A stretch of DNA of 64,000 nt, taken from Candidatus Thalassarchaeum betae. GTDB taxonomy: Archaea; Thermoplasmatota; Poseidoniia; Poseidoniales; Thalassarchaeaceae. The notes under the pieces were generated by a model. The model did no database searches and was not told where the DNA came from. It saw nothing but the letters and a program-made list of their open reading frames with translations. Positions 1 through 10,510 of the stretch are shown one piece after another (the first letter of the stretch is position 1; each line of letters starts with the position of its first letter). The stretch lies in NCBI GenBank assembly GCA_003193925.1, contig PSPG01000006.1, forward strand, positions 1 through 64,000. Reading direction: 5' to 3'. A program made the position numbers and the translations under genes.

Positions 1-3000
1 GATGGTCTTTTTGATGATTGGGAGTCAATCCCGGTTGTGTATGCCGACCCTGCCGGTGATGGAACCGATGAAGATTTCAGTATGCTGAAAATTGCTAATG
101 ACAACGATTTCATGTTCTTTTCCATTGAGTTTCATGACGGGGAGCACTTGATGCAAAACTGGAACGATATCCATCTTTATTTGGATACGGATGCAGAGGT
201 GAACACGGGTTTGCCAGTTCATGGTATTGGAGCCGAACTGGACTGGTGTTTTGGCTGCCGAAGCGGGTATTTTTACATCATGGATGGGATCATTGAAATA
301 TCTCAAAATGACTTAACCTTGAGGATTGCACCCACCATTACTGGTGAAAGATTTGAAATTGCCATCAGCCGTTCAAGCGCTATTTTAACAATGGATGGGA
401 CCCAGGAACCAACAACCATCAAGATTGTCTTACAGGGAGGCGGAGAGGCTCCTGACATTCTGCCTGATGAACCGGGAGGGATTGAATATGAGTTCGACTC
501 TACACCGGTGCCATCACCGGAAATCATTACACTTGAAAAAAATGAAATGGAGCATCTAAGAATTCTATCCTACAATGTTCGGCAAAATGGATTGTTTGAC
601 TCCGGACGTCAAGCAAGATTTGAGCGGATCATCAAAGCTTTGGAACCAGATATCATGGGATTCCAGGAAGCGTATGATGACAACGATACGAATGATGTCA
701 ACGATATAGAAGCGCTATTCGAGGATTGGTTTCCTGAAGTGAACTGGCACGTGAGCAGTGAGTGGAACGGAAATTTTGTCGTGTCCCGATATCCAATCTT
801 ACATCAGGGAAATCATTCATGGAGATCTATGGGTGTATTGCTGGATACAGAAGAGGATTTGGGGACACCATTGTTTTTCATCAATTCACATTTCAGTTGT
901 TGCGATGCCAATGATAACCGTCAGGAACAGGTGGATGAGCTCATGGGATTCGTAAGAGATTTGAAAAATGGATTGGGTCCCTTTACCTTGGAATATGGTA
1001 CTCCCATTGTACATGTGGGAGACTTCAACTTGGTCGGGTACCGACAACAATTAACGACACTTACTGACGGCGATATTGTTGATGAAGCATCCTATGGAAT
1101 TGATTTTTTACCAGATTGGGATGATTCTCCTTTGACAGATCTGTTTTCCCGCCAAACTCATATTCGAATGGGATATACCTGGAGAAAAGATAACAGTGAG
1201 TGGAATCCCGGGAAACTGGATTATATTCTTTATACGGACTCAGTTTTAGAACCGGTTAAGCATTTTGTGCTGAACACACTGGAAATGTCTGAAGAGGATT
1301 TATCCTTTTACAATCTGAATTCAGAAGACACAAAAAAAGCTTCTGATCATCTCCCGCGAGTTATGGATATCGCAGAGGATCCTGAGGAGCTCACTTGGGT
1401 GTGGCCCGACCAGCTGCCGCCGCAGGATGACGACATCATGGGCGATTCATATCTGGACATCTCGGGCACCATCGCCCCATTGTCGAACATTACTGCAACG
1501 TGGTATGCGAGCATCTCGATTCGCGACGACTATGGCACCGACCTGCTACCCGATCGCGAGTTGGGGGTGCGTGCCCAGATCGATCAGCATCTGGGTGACG
1601 GAGATGGTTGGCTGAGCATTCCCGAGATCGCTGATTTCGTCACTCTGGTGGAGAATGCTCGCAACCTGACTGACTCGGAGGATTCAGGGTGCTGCCTCAT
1701 CGACTACTCCTCGATGCACTCTGTCAAGGGGACCGACATCACCGTCATCCCGCCGGCCAACGGCTCGGTCGACAGCAACGGCAGTTGGGGTTGGATCGAG
1801 GACGCGAGCCTCATCGGCACCACCGACGGCCGTTCCACCAGAATACTCGACATACCTCGAGTCGGGGGAGTCATCGAGGAGATTCCACTCCGTGTTACCC
1901 TGCCCGGCTTCTGGGAGTTCCGCTACAGCGCAATGCTCGAGATCATCGAGGGGGAACCGAACAACTTCACCGTGTTCCGCCATCAGGCTCCCGTCGCATC
2001 CGACATCCGAATCACGCTGGGGAAGAACCAGCCTCCCAACGCGTTCTTCACCAGGGAGACCGGCGGCTCTGTGATACCGCTGGCTCTGCAGACCGCCTAC
2101 TCCGGCCAGTGCACCGACAGCGTACTCGACGATACGCAACTGTGGTGGACGGTGCATCGGAATGGGACGAAGGTGTTCGAGACTCAGCACGAGAATCTGG
2201 TATTCACCGCCTCCGAACTCAACTACTCCGACGGCGAGGTAGCGACCGTAAACCTGCACTGCCTAGACTCGTTCTCGGCTTCCGGCACTGCGACCGAGAA
2301 CATCGTCATCGACGGGCTAGATCCGACTTGGGAGGCCACGTTCGAGCTGCTTGGGGACGAAAACTCCACCGGGCTCGACGCCGGCAGCACCCATCTCGAG
2401 GTGCCCTCTGGCAGCTACATCGACTTCACCTTCAGCGCCTCCGACGTCGGCGGCCTGCCAGTTGCCATCGAAGTCACCTCAGACAAGTCCGAGAGCTGGA
2501 GGCACTCGGGCAATGACCTGCTGCAGTTCACGGACCGCTTCTCTCAGAGCGGCGAGGTGAACGGCATGCACCTCAATGTCACCGAGCGACATGAAGCGAA
2601 GGAGCCGAGCGAGTACAACCTCTCCCTGATGGTCACTGACGACGCCTGGAACACGGTGACTCACGACTGGGTATTCGTCATCTCCGACGGCCTGGGGCCA
2701 ACCATCATCCCGGACATCATCGCCAATGGCACCCCGATCTCCCCCGAGAGCCCCGCGCGCGCCGGTGATTCGATGATTCTCTCTCTGACCGATTCCTTCG
2801 ACGATCTCGATGCGATAGTCGATGTAGTCTGGGAAGTCAGGGTGAATGGTACGGCTATCGCAGAGGGAGCAATGTGGGCCGAAGTGGAGAAGCTGCCACT
2901 GTCGATCACCGAGCCGGGGATCCACCTGATCCACATCCTGGCATGGGACACGGCGGGAAACATGGAGGAGATATCCTTTGGTCTGGCCGTCTCTCCTGCG

Positions 3001-3417
3001 CGGGGCGTCTACATCTCCCTCCTCCAGCACGTTATGGTGGGCGACCCGATCGAGGGCGAGGAGATCACTATCATCGCCACATTGCAGAACACCGGCGCTG
3101 ACCTCGCAGCTGGGATGCTGTGCTCGGGCTCCGGCTGCTCGGACGAGGTCATCGTGAACGCAGCAGACTCTGTCGGGCCCGGCGTGTTCAACGTCTCGCT
3201 CGTCCTCAATCTCAAGGGCACAGCCCCGATAGACCTCAGATTCGAATGGATCAGTGACAGTGCAGGTATGAGTGGCGTGGTTCACATCGAGAACGACTAC
3301 GTCGTCGAGCCACAGTGGCAGGCGCCGATGCAAGTGCTGCTCGGCGTTCTTACAGTACTGATGCTGCTCGCATGGGGCGCACACCGGCTCTGGGGGCAGG
3401 AATCCCAGAAGCCCTGA
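1..3417 (+). CDS. Secreted/membrane-anchored fusion protein: N-terminal endonuclease/exonuclease/phosphatase (EEP) domain + Ig/PKD-like repeats + C-terminal TM anchor (5'-partial)
   Basis: Frame is open from position 1. EEP motifs ILSYNV, GFQE, GDFN, LDYI and SDHLP; acidic beta-rich repeats; C-terminal hydrophobic helix VLLGVLTVLMLLAWGA. Confidence 0.75.
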   Translation, partial: DGLFDDWESIPVVYADPAGDGTDEDFSMLKIANDNDFMFFSIEFHDGEHLMQNWNDIHLYLDTDAEVNTGLPVHGIGAELDWCFGCRSGYFYIMDGIIEISQNDLTLRIAPTITGERFEIAISRSSAILTMDGTQEPTTIKIVLQGGGEAPDILPDEPGGIEYEFDSTPVPSPEIITLEKNEMEHLRILSYNVRQNGLFDSGRQARFERIIKALEPDIMGFQEAYDDNDTNDVNDIEALFEDWFPEVNWHVSSEWNGNFVVSRYPILHQGNHSWRSMGVLLDTEEDLGTPLFFINSHFSCCDANDNRQEQVDELMGFVRDLKNGLGPFTLEYGTPIVHVGDFNLVGYRQQLTTLTDGDIVDEASYGIDFLPDWDDSPLTDLFSRQTHIRMGYTWRKDNSEWNPGKLDYILYTDSVLEPVKHFVLNTLEMSEEDLSFYNLNSEDTKKASDHLPRVMDIAEDPEELTWVWPDQLPPQDDDIMGDSYLDISGTIAPLSNITATWYASISIRDDYGTDLLPDRELGVRAQIDQHLGDGDGWLSIPEIADFVTLVENARNLTDSEDSGCCLIDYSSMHSVKGTDITVIPPANGSVDSNGSWGWIEDASLIGTTDGRSTRILDIPRVGGVIEEIPLRVTLPGFWEFRYSAMLEIIEGEPNNFTVFRHQAPVASDIRITLGKNQPPNAFFTRETGGSVIPLALQTAYSGQCTDSVLDDTQLWWTVHRNGTKVFETQHENLVFTASELNYSDGEVATVNLHCLDSFSASGTATENIVIDGLDPTWEATFELLGDENSTGLDAGSTHLEVPSGSYIDFTFSASDVGGLPVAIEVTSDKSESWRHSGNDLLQFTDRFSQSGEVNGMHLNVTERHEAKEPSEYNLSLMVTDDAWNTVTHDWVFVISDGLGPTIIPDIIANGTPISPESPARAGDSMILSLTDSFDDLDAIVDVVWEVRVNGTAIAEGAMWAEVEKLPLSITEPGIHLIHILAWDTAGNMEEISFGLAVSPARGVYISLLQHVMVGDPIEGEEITIIATLQNTGADLAAGMLCSGSGCSDEVIVNAADSVGPGVFNVSLVLNLKGTAPIDLRFEWISDSAGMSGVVHIENDYVVEPQWQAPMQVLLGVLTVLMLLAWGAHRLWGQESQKP

Positions 3418-3469
3418 GCCCCGCTCAGTTATCCGCACACCTCTTGACCCCAACTCTGGGTGGCGCGAC

Positions 3470-5185
3470 ATGATCCTGCTGCCCGACTACCCCGACAAGG
3501 TCGTGCTGGCGCACCGCCTCAGGGTCGAGCGATTGGCTCTGTTCTGCACCTTAGTGCTGATTGGAGCTGGCGCTTGGTGGCTGTTGCCTGCGGTCAACGG
3601 GGGGGCCGAGCTGCTTCCGAGGAGCGGTCCGGTGCTGGCGCTCTTCGCCTCAGGACTGCTGATTGCCGATCTCATCGAGTATGGCCCGGTTGAACGCTCG
3701 AGGCTCGGTGTCGCTGCCAACATCGCCTGGCCCAGCGTGCTTGCCTTCGCGGGCATCCACTTCGGCTCCGATGATGCGATGATCGCTTCGGCGATGCTCG
3801 CAGCCACAGCCGTCCTGCTCTGGTGGTTCTCCAACCACCTGCTCGGCTCAAACCTCTCGACACGCAGGTGGCGGGGCCTGACCAGCATCGCAGGTCTTGC
3901 CATCGCTCTGGCCATCATGGTCTCTATGAGCGATGAAATCCTGCTCTGGGCCGTCGTCGTAGTAGCATGCTGTGCAACCATGATACCCGACCTCACCACC
4001 AAGGACGAGGATCACGAGGCTCGTGCAGAGTTCGGCGAGAGACTCGAGGAGGCCGAGTCGAGAATGCTCGCACTGCGAGCCGAAGGCTCAGGACTCGAGC
4101 AGGCTGCCTCGCTGCTCAAGATGGCCCGCGAGGAGGGCTGGAAGGACCCCGCGCGCGGCATGACTCTGATCTCGCAGGCCGAGGTAGAATCACAACGCGT
4201 CCTCGCTGTGGCGGGCGACCTAGACGCCATCCGCAGCGACACGATGGACGCGGTCCAGCGGGCCGAGAAGGTCACGATGGATGCCCTCGGCCCGAGGAAG
4301 GCGTTCGAGATGGGTGACAGGGAGGCCGAGCACGGCGCCCTGCGCGAGGCTGAGCTGCTTTACCGCCGCGCGAAGGCCAAGGCGGCTGTCATCGAGGAGC
4401 ACTGGCAGACTGCCGCGGACTCGATCGCCGATGCAGTGGCCGCCATCGGTGGCCAGAGTGGCCATCAGGTCGACACCGTTCGAGAAATACTCGACACCGC
4501 CAGAGAAGCACTCGAGGCTGAGGAGCCCGAGGAGGCTCTGCACATCGCCTTGGCCATCCCCGGTCACCTAGATAGCCTAGGCTCGTCTGAGGAGGAGGCT
4601 GCCAAGTCGCTGCAGGACGCCGAGCATGCCGTGGCCGCCGCTGAGAGCGACATACCCATCATGACCAAGGAGAGGCTGTCTGAGGCGCGAAAGGCACTGG
4701 AATCGGGCGATTCCGCCCTTGCAAAGGGACTCGCCGACAGCGTCCTGCGCGATGTGCGCGGGACGTCGGACGCCATGCAGGAGGTCCAGAGGGCCCTGCG
4801 CCAGAGGAAGCAGATCGAAGCCAGGTTCCCATCAGGCTCCAAGGCGGAGTGGGACGCGAGGCTCGAGGAGGTCGCATCCAAGGCAGACGCCAGCGACTGG
4901 ACCGGCGCCGCAGAGGCGCTGGGCGAGTTGACCGCCTCGCTGCAGGCCCACGAGGTCAAACTCAGCGAGGCCAGCGAGCTGATGAGATTCGTAGATGAGG
5001 AGTGGAAGACCCTGCGAAGGCGACTCGACCCATCCGGAATCGGTCCCGGCGACGCTGGCAGGATGGCTGCCGAGAAGGCTGTCACCGAGGCTGCGAGTGC
5101 CTTGGAGCAGGGCGACATCCAGTTATGCCATAAGGCCCTCGGTGCGGCTGGTGAGGCGCTCGAGGCGCTGAACCGTCGGACCTAG
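3470..5185 (+). CDS. Membrane protein with long C-terminal helical/coiled-coil region
   Basis: About 6 N-terminal hydrophobic segments followed by an Ala/Glu-rich helical region; host-like codon usage. Confidence 0.75.
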   Translation: MILLPDYPDKVVLAHRLRVERLALFCTLVLIGAGAWWLLPAVNGGAELLPRSGPVLALFASGLLIADLIEYGPVERSRLGVAANIAWPSVLAFAGIHFGSDDAMIASAMLAATAVLLWWFSNHLLGSNLSTRRWRGLTSIAGLAIALAIMVSMSDEILLWAVVVVACCATMIPDLTTKDEDHEARAEFGERLEEAESRMLALRAEGSGLEQAASLLKMAREEGWKDPARGMTLISQAEVESQRVLAVAGDLDAIRSDTMDAVQRAEKVTMDALGPRKAFEMGDREAEHGALREAELLYRRAKAKAAVIEEHWQTAADSIADAVAAIGGQSGHQVDTVREILDTAREALEAEEPEEALHIALAIPGHLDSLGSSEEEAAKSLQDAEHAVAAAESDIPIMTKERLSEARKALESGDSALAKGLADSVLRDVRGTSDAMQEVQRALRQRKQIEARFPSGSKAEWDARLEEVASKADASDWTGAAEALGELTASLQAHEVKLSEASELMRFVDEEWKTLRRRLDPSGIGPGDAGRMAAEKAVTEAASALEQGDIQLCHKALGAAGEALEALNRRT

Positions 5186-5193
5186 GTGAGAGC

Positions 5194-6642
5194 GTGAAAT
5201 CCAAGAGCATGGCACTCTGCATAGCCGCATTGCTGGTCCTGACCACTCTCGCGGGTTGCTTCGAGCCGCCCGATTTGGACGGTGACGGAGCACCCGACGA
5301 ATCGGACAACTGCCCCGACATCGCGAACCCTGACCAACTCGACACCGACGACGATGGCCTAGGTGACGCCTGCGATGGCGATGACGACGGTGACGGGGTG
5401 GCCGATGAGGACGATGCACTGCCGCTCGACCCCAACGAGACTGCCGATTTGGACGGCGACGGGAAGGGGGACAATTCAGACGGCGACATTGACGGCGACG
5501 GGATCGGCAACGACAAGGACGCCTTTCCGACCGACCCGAGTGAGAGCGCAGACACCGACGGCGACGGTATCGGAAACAACGCCGACGATGACGATGACGA
5601 TGACGGCATCGTCGATGCTTCAGACCCCTTTCGCCTTACCCCGGCAACACCCTTGGACTCTCCTGGACCGTTCAAAGTGGGGACCGACGACTTCACCTTC
5701 ACCGGAAGCACAGGCATCGAGATAACGGTTCAAGCCTGGTTTCCTACCGCCGATCTCGAAGGAGAGGAGGTAGTCTATGACAACATATACCCGGGAGGGG
5801 CGTGGGATGGAGCCACCCCTGATTGCTCGCAGACTCACCCAGTGGCTGTCTACAGTCACGGAACTGGGTATGGACTCAGATGGATGTCCGCCTTCCTGAC
5901 CGAGAGGCTAGCAAGCCATGGATTCCTTGTCATCGCCCCCGATCACGTGGACGACACGCTCTTCGACTCAGACAACGCTAAGTTGCCCCAGACTCTTCTC
6001 AGACGACCTGTCGATATCTCTGACACTTTCGACTGGATGGTGGAAAAATCCGAGGGAAAGAGAGAATTCCAAGGTTGCATTGACCCTGGTGCGGGCTATG
6101 CCGTCATGGGTCACTCCGGAGGGGGATACACGGCTCTGACTGCCTCTGGGGCAACCATTTCCATCGATGATCTCGAGGCAGACTGCGAAGCGGGCATCTA
6201 TTTCTACTGCTCGATGCGTGACACCTGGCTGGAGGCTCATCCGGGTTCGGATACCATCGATCTCAGTGACGACAGAATATGGGCTACAGTAGCTCTCGCT
6301 CCGTGGGACGCATTCGTCTTGGGAACCGGACTAAGAATGGTCCAAACCCCTACGCTGGTCCTGACAGGTGATGCCGATGCCACGACTAACCTGTCAATGG
6401 TTACCACCATCGTAGGGAACCTAGAGGACCCATCTGCCCTATTCGGGGTGTTGAAGAACGCCGGACACTACCACTTCTCGCCTATCGGATGCGACGCTTA
6501 TGGCTGCGATGACCAGCTTAATCTCAGCATCTCCATGGAGCTTACGAACGAATCAGTCACTCTCTTCCTCGCTCAGCAACTCCAATGGCCAGGGTCAGAA
6601 GTTGTTGAAATGCCGGAATCCGAGTACCTTGAATGGCAATAA
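5194..6642 (+). CDS. Lipoprotein with thrombospondin type-3 (Ca-binding) repeats + alpha/beta hydrolase
   Basis: Lipobox-like LAGC; DxDxDG repeats (DNCP..ANPDQLDTDDDGLGDACD); YSHG, GHSGGG nucleophile elbow and AGHYHF. Confidence 0.8.
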   Translation: MKSKSMALCIAALLVLTTLAGCFEPPDLDGDGAPDESDNCPDIANPDQLDTDDDGLGDACDGDDDGDGVADEDDALPLDPNETADLDGDGKGDNSDGDIDGDGIGNDKDAFPTDPSESADTDGDGIGNNADDDDDDDGIVDASDPFRLTPATPLDSPGPFKVGTDDFTFTGSTGIEITVQAWFPTADLEGEEVVYDNIYPGGAWDGATPDCSQTHPVAVYSHGTGYGLRWMSAFLTERLASHGFLVIAPDHVDDTLFDSDNAKLPQTLLRRPVDISDTFDWMVEKSEGKREFQGCIDPGAGYAVMGHSGGGYTALTASGATISIDDLEADCEAGIYFYCSMRDTWLEAHPGSDTIDLSDDRIWATVALAPWDAFVLGTGLRMVQTPTLVLTGDADATTNLSMVTTIVGNLEDPSALFGVLKNAGHYHFSPIGCDAYGCDDQLNLSISMELTNESVTLFLAQQLQWPGSEVVEMPESEYLEWQ

Positions 6643-6680
6643 TCGAGAGTTTTTTATTAATTATTAACAATAAACTTGTC

Positions 6681-7508
6681 TCAATGCGCTATTTTTCCCT
6701 TGTCCAAGCAGTAGGGACAGTGTGAATCAATCACATATTCCTCGGATTCCTGCTCTTCGAGCGAGAGTGGCTCACGGCATCTGAAGCACATCACGACCCC
6801 CGACTCGTCCAGCTGGTGGTCGAGCGCGACCCTCTGGTCGAACACGAAGCAGTCACCCCTCCAGTGCGAGCCGCCACACTCCTCGAAGTACCCGAGAATC
6901 CCACCCTCGAGCTGCCTGACGTCTTCGAACCCGGCTTTGAGCATGACAGCGGATGCCTTCTCACAGCGGATTCCCCCGGTGCAGTACAGCACCAGAGTCT
7001 TCGACTTGTACTCATCAGGTAGAGATTCGATCGCATCCGGGAAGTCCTTGAACGAGGGTATGTCAAGCTCTACCGCGCCATCGAAGGTGCCTACCCTGGT
7101 CTCGTAGTCGTTCCTAGTGTCCAGGACGACGATGTCTTCTTCTTCGTCGAGCATCTGCTTGAACTCGGTCGGCGAGATGTGCGGGCCGGTGAACTCGACC
7201 GGCCTGATGTCGTCCCTTCCGAGAGCAATTATCTCTTGCTTACGCTTGACCAGCATCCTGCGGAACGGCTGGTAGTCCGTGTGACTGACCTTAGTCGGGA
7301 TGCCTGCGAAGCGGTCGTCGGATTCGAGGTACTGCAGGTATGAGTTCGTCGCTTCCTGGGCTCCAGCGAGGAAGAAGTTGATTCCGTTCGGGCTCAGCAG
7401 GACCGTGCCCTTGAGTCCCAGTCCGAGACAGTGCTCAAGCATCGGCTCGCGGAGCTCGTCCCTGTCCGGCAGATCGACGAATCGGTAGCCGGCGACGTTG
7501 ACGACCAT
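6681..7508 (-). CDS. trhO: Rhodanese-domain protein of the TrhO/YceA (UPF0176) family
   Basis: LKGTVLLSPNGIN, LDTRNDYE, YCTGGIRCEKA, LEGGILGY, CFVFDQR. Confidence 0.8.
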   Translation of the reverse strand: MVVNVAGYRFVDLPDRDELREPMLEHCLGLGLKGTVLLSPNGINFFLAGAQEATNSYLQYLESDDRFAGIPTKVSHTDYQPFRRMLVKRKQEIIALGRDDIRPVEFTGPHISPTEFKQMLDEEEDIVVLDTRNDYETRVGTFDGAVELDIPSFKDFPDAIESLPDEYKSKTLVLYCTGGIRCEKASAVMLKAGFEDVRQLEGGILGYFEECGGSHWRGDCFVFDQRVALDHQLDESGVVMCFRCREPLSLEEQESEEYVIDSHCPYCLDKGKIAH

Positions 7509-7518
7509 GGCTGCCCCC

Positions 7519-9471
7519 TCATTCCGGAGGCACTATGCCGAGTTCAGTGCTGCGGTTGGTTATCTCGGCGAAGATGTCGGCGACGAACTCGTCCAGGGCG
7601 ACCCCGTTGCGCTGTCCGCCGCTGCGCTCCCTGATGGAGACGGTGCCGCTCTCTGACTCCTCGTCGCCGATGATGACCATGTAGGCCGGTCTGAGCGTCC
7701 TGTGGAGGCGAATCTTCCTGCCGATGGTGCTGTCGGAGTCGTCGACCCTCACTCGCACTCCGGCCTGTTCGAGGACCTCCGCTACCCTCGCAGCGTGCCG
7801 CTTGTGTTTCTCCGAGATGGTGATGACCTGCACCTGCACCGGGGAGAGCCAAGTCGGGAAGTTGCCGGCCCAGTGCTCGATCAGGAAAGCGACGAACCTC
7901 TCGTGAGTGGAGAGCGGCGCGCGGTGGATGACGAAGACCTCGCCGTTCTCGACGCCGGTCTCGTCCATGTAGGTCAGCCCGAAGCGCCCCTTGGCTGCGA
8001 AGTCGAGCTGTATCGTGGACATCGACTCCTCCCTGCCCAGCAGTGTGGTGAACTGAATGTCGACCTTGGGCCCGTAAAACGCGGCCTCTCCGACCGCCTC
8101 GATGTAGGGCACGCCGAGGTCGTCCATAATCTGCCTCAGGTGGTTCTCACTGGCCGCCCAGTTCTCGGGCTGGTCGATGTACTTGTCAGACTTCTCGGGG
8201 TCCCAGAGAGAGAGCTGGAAGTGGTAGTCCTCGAAGCCGAAGGCCGCGTAGTAGTCCTGCACCATTCGGATGTTGTCGGCGAACTCCTGCGCGACCTGGT
8301 CGAGGGTGCAGTAGATGTGCGCGTCGTTCATCGACAGCATCCTGACGCGGAGCAGTCCGGTTAGGGTGCCCGACAGCTCGTTGCGGTAGACGGTGCCGTA
8401 CTCGGCGATGCGCAGCGGCAGGTCGCGGTAGGAGCGCTTCTTGTTACTGTAGACGAGGTGGTGCATCGGGCAGTTCATCGCCTTCAGGTAGTAGGTCCCG
8501 TCGTCCATCTCCATCGGGGGGTACATCGAATCCGCGTAGTGCGGCAGGTGCCCGCTGGTCTCGAAGAGCTGCTGCTTGGCCAGCACAGGGGTCGTCACCC
8601 TGACGTATCCGTATGCCTCCTCGGTCTCGACTGCGAAGCGCTCGATCTCGGACTTGATGATCTCGCCGTTGGGAAGCCACACAGGCAGCCCCTTGCCGAT
8701 GAGCTCGTTGATCATGTACAGTTCCATCTCCTTGCCGATCTTCTTGTGGTCACGCTTGGCGGCCTCCTCGAGCTGGCGTACGCGCTCCTGAAGTGCCTGC
8801 TTGGTCGGGTAGCACATTCCGTAGATGCGAACCAGCGACTCACGACTTGAGTCAGCCCTCCAGTAGGCCTGGCTGGTGCTGGTCAGTCTGAACCAGCGCA
8901 GGTGAGCGGTGCTCGGCACGTGCGGGCCGCGGCACAGGTCGACGAAGTCACCCTGCCTGTAGGCGGAAGAGCCGACATCGTGCCCTATCTTGTCGTCCAT
9001 GATTTCGAGCTTGAACGGATTGCCGCCGAACATCTCGCGCAGCGTGTCGTTGCCGTGCTCCTCACGCTCGATGGCGAGGTTCTGCTTGACTAGCGCCTTC
9101 ATGCGCTTCTCGATTGCGCGCAGCTCCTCATCGCCGATAGGGTCCATGTGGAAGTCGTAGTAGAAGCCGTGCTCGATCGGCGGGCCGATGGTCGGCTTGG
9201 CGTCAGGATAGAGCTGGGTGACTGCTTGGGCCAGCAGATGGGCGCAGGAGTGGCGCAGGATGTACAGGCCAGCGTCGGATTCTCCCAAGACGGGCTCGAC
9301 GCTGCAGTCTGCCTCGAGGACGTGCGAGAAGTCGCGCTCGATGCCGTCGACGAGCCCTGCGACGGCCCCGTGCTTGCTCCCGAGGACGTTGGAGATGACG
9401 TCCCCCGCCGTGACTCCGGCCGCATACTCGTGGGCTGCTTCGGCGCCCACGTCAACGGATATCATCGGCAT
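7519..9471 (-). CDS. thrS: Threonine--tRNA ligase (bacterial type)
   Basis: RHSCAHLLA, DLCRGPHV, RDHKKIG, KAMNCP, AAFYGPK, TIQLDF, IHRA. Confidence 0.97.
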   Translation of the reverse strand: MPMISVDVGAEAAHEYAAGVTAGDVISNVLGSKHGAVAGLVDGIERDFSHVLEADCSVEPVLGESDAGLYILRHSCAHLLAQAVTQLYPDAKPTIGPPIEHGFYYDFHMDPIGDEELRAIEKRMKALVKQNLAIEREEHGNDTLREMFGGNPFKLEIMDDKIGHDVGSSAYRQGDFVDLCRGPHVPSTAHLRWFRLTSTSQAYWRADSSRESLVRIYGMCYPTKQALQERVRQLEEAAKRDHKKIGKEMELYMINELIGKGLPVWLPNGEIIKSEIERFAVETEEAYGYVRVTTPVLAKQQLFETSGHLPHYADSMYPPMEMDDGTYYLKAMNCPMHHLVYSNKKRSYRDLPLRIAEYGTVYRNELSGTLTGLLRVRMLSMNDAHIYCTLDQVAQEFADNIRMVQDYYAAFGFEDYHFQLSLWDPEKSDKYIDQPENWAASENHLRQIMDDLGVPYIEAVGEAAFYGPKVDIQFTTLLGREESMSTIQLDFAAKGRFGLTYMDETGVENGEVFVIHRAPLSTHERFVAFLIEHWAGNFPTWLSPVQVQVITISEKHKRHAARVAEVLEQAGVRVRVDDSDSTIGRKIRLHRTLRPAYMVIIGDEESESGTVSIRERSGGQRNGVALDEFVADIFAEITNRSTELGIVPPE

Positions 9472-9548
9472 TTACAGCACCCTCGACGGATTGCCCGAGG
9501 CGCATCGGATATGAAGCCCTCTCGCGAAAAACAGGCCGTAGGCCTGAA

Positions 9549-10457
9549 TCATTCGAGTACGAACTGGGTCCCAGCGGTGCCTGCCACCATGCCCTCGAGG
9601 TCCGCGAGCGCTCCTATCACGGCCCTTCCCCCGGACCTGCGGATGAAGTCGCAGGCTGCCTCCACCTTGGGCCCCATCGAACCCTCCTCGAAGTCGTACC
9701 GATCCATATCGTCGGGCGTCGCCCGCTCTATCCTGCGGGCATTATCCGTGCCCCAGTCGAGGTAGACCCCGTCGGTGTCGGTCGCGAGTATCAGAAGACC
9801 GGCGTCCAACTCGAAGGCCAGCAGGGCGCTGGCCCTGTCCTTGTCGATGACCACCTCCACTCCCTCCAGAGTCCCGTCCGGCTTGTACACGGTTGGAATC
9901 CCACCACCTCCGGCACAGATGACTGTGACGCCCTTCTCGAGAAGCCAGTGTATCGGCCTCATCTCGAAGATCCTCTGAGGCTCGGGCGAGGCGACCACCC
10001 TGCGCCAGTGCTCGCCGTCCGGGGCCACGGTCCAACCCCTCTCATCTGCCAGCGCCTTCGCCTCCTCTTCGCTGTAAACCGGACCGATCGGCTTGGTCGG
10101 GTTGTCGAAGGCAGGGTCCTCCGGGTCGACCTCGACCATGGTCAGTATAGTCGCCAGCGACTCCTCCATCGGCAGCAGGTTGCCGAGCTCCTGCTCGATT
10201 ATGTAGCCGATCATCCCCTCGGTCTGGGCCCCGAGGATGTCCAGCGGGTACTCCTCGACCTCCTTGTAGGCTGCTGACTGCAGGGAGAGCAAGCCGACCT
10301 GAGGGCCATTGCCGTGCGAGATGACCAACTGGTAGTCAGGCGCGAGCGGGGCCAGTGCCTTGGCCGCTATCGCCACGTTCGCGCGCTGGTTCTCAGCCGT
10401 CATCGGCTGACCTCGTTGCAGGAGGGCGTTGCCCCCCAGCGCCACTACGACCCTCAT
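9549..10457 (-). CDS. arcC: Carbamate kinase
   Basis: [52 protein letters not shown]. Confidence 0.95.
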   Translation of the reverse strand: MRVVVALGGNALLQRGQPMTAENQRANVAIAAKALAPLAPDYQLVISHGNGPQVGLLSLQSAAYKEVEEYPLDILGAQTEGMIGYIIEQELGNLLPMEESLATILTMVEVDPEDPAFDNPTKPIGPVYSEEEAKALADERGWTVAPDGEHWRRVVASPEPQRIFEMRPIHWLLEKGVTVICAGGGGIPTVYKPDGTLEGVEVVIDKDRASALLAFELDAGLLILATDTDGVYLDWGTDNARRIERATPDDMDRYDFEEGSMGPKVEAACDFIRRSGGRAVIGALADLEGMVAGTAGTQFVLE

Positions 10458-10510
10458 GAGGACGGCGCGGAAGCGTGAACCGATAAGAACACGCGCCCTT
10501 TGGACCGGTC

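Noticed and set aside
1366-1392. Vector polylinker at the GC junction
   Set aside because: Three 6-bp palindromes are present, but I do not recognise the spacing as a known multiple cloning site and the frame reads through; kept only as a caveat.
5270-5620. GACGGCGAC-type repeats as a CRISPR array or DNA repeat element
   Set aside because: They are codon-level repeats encoding TSP3 DxDxDG motifs, with no repeat-spacer structure.
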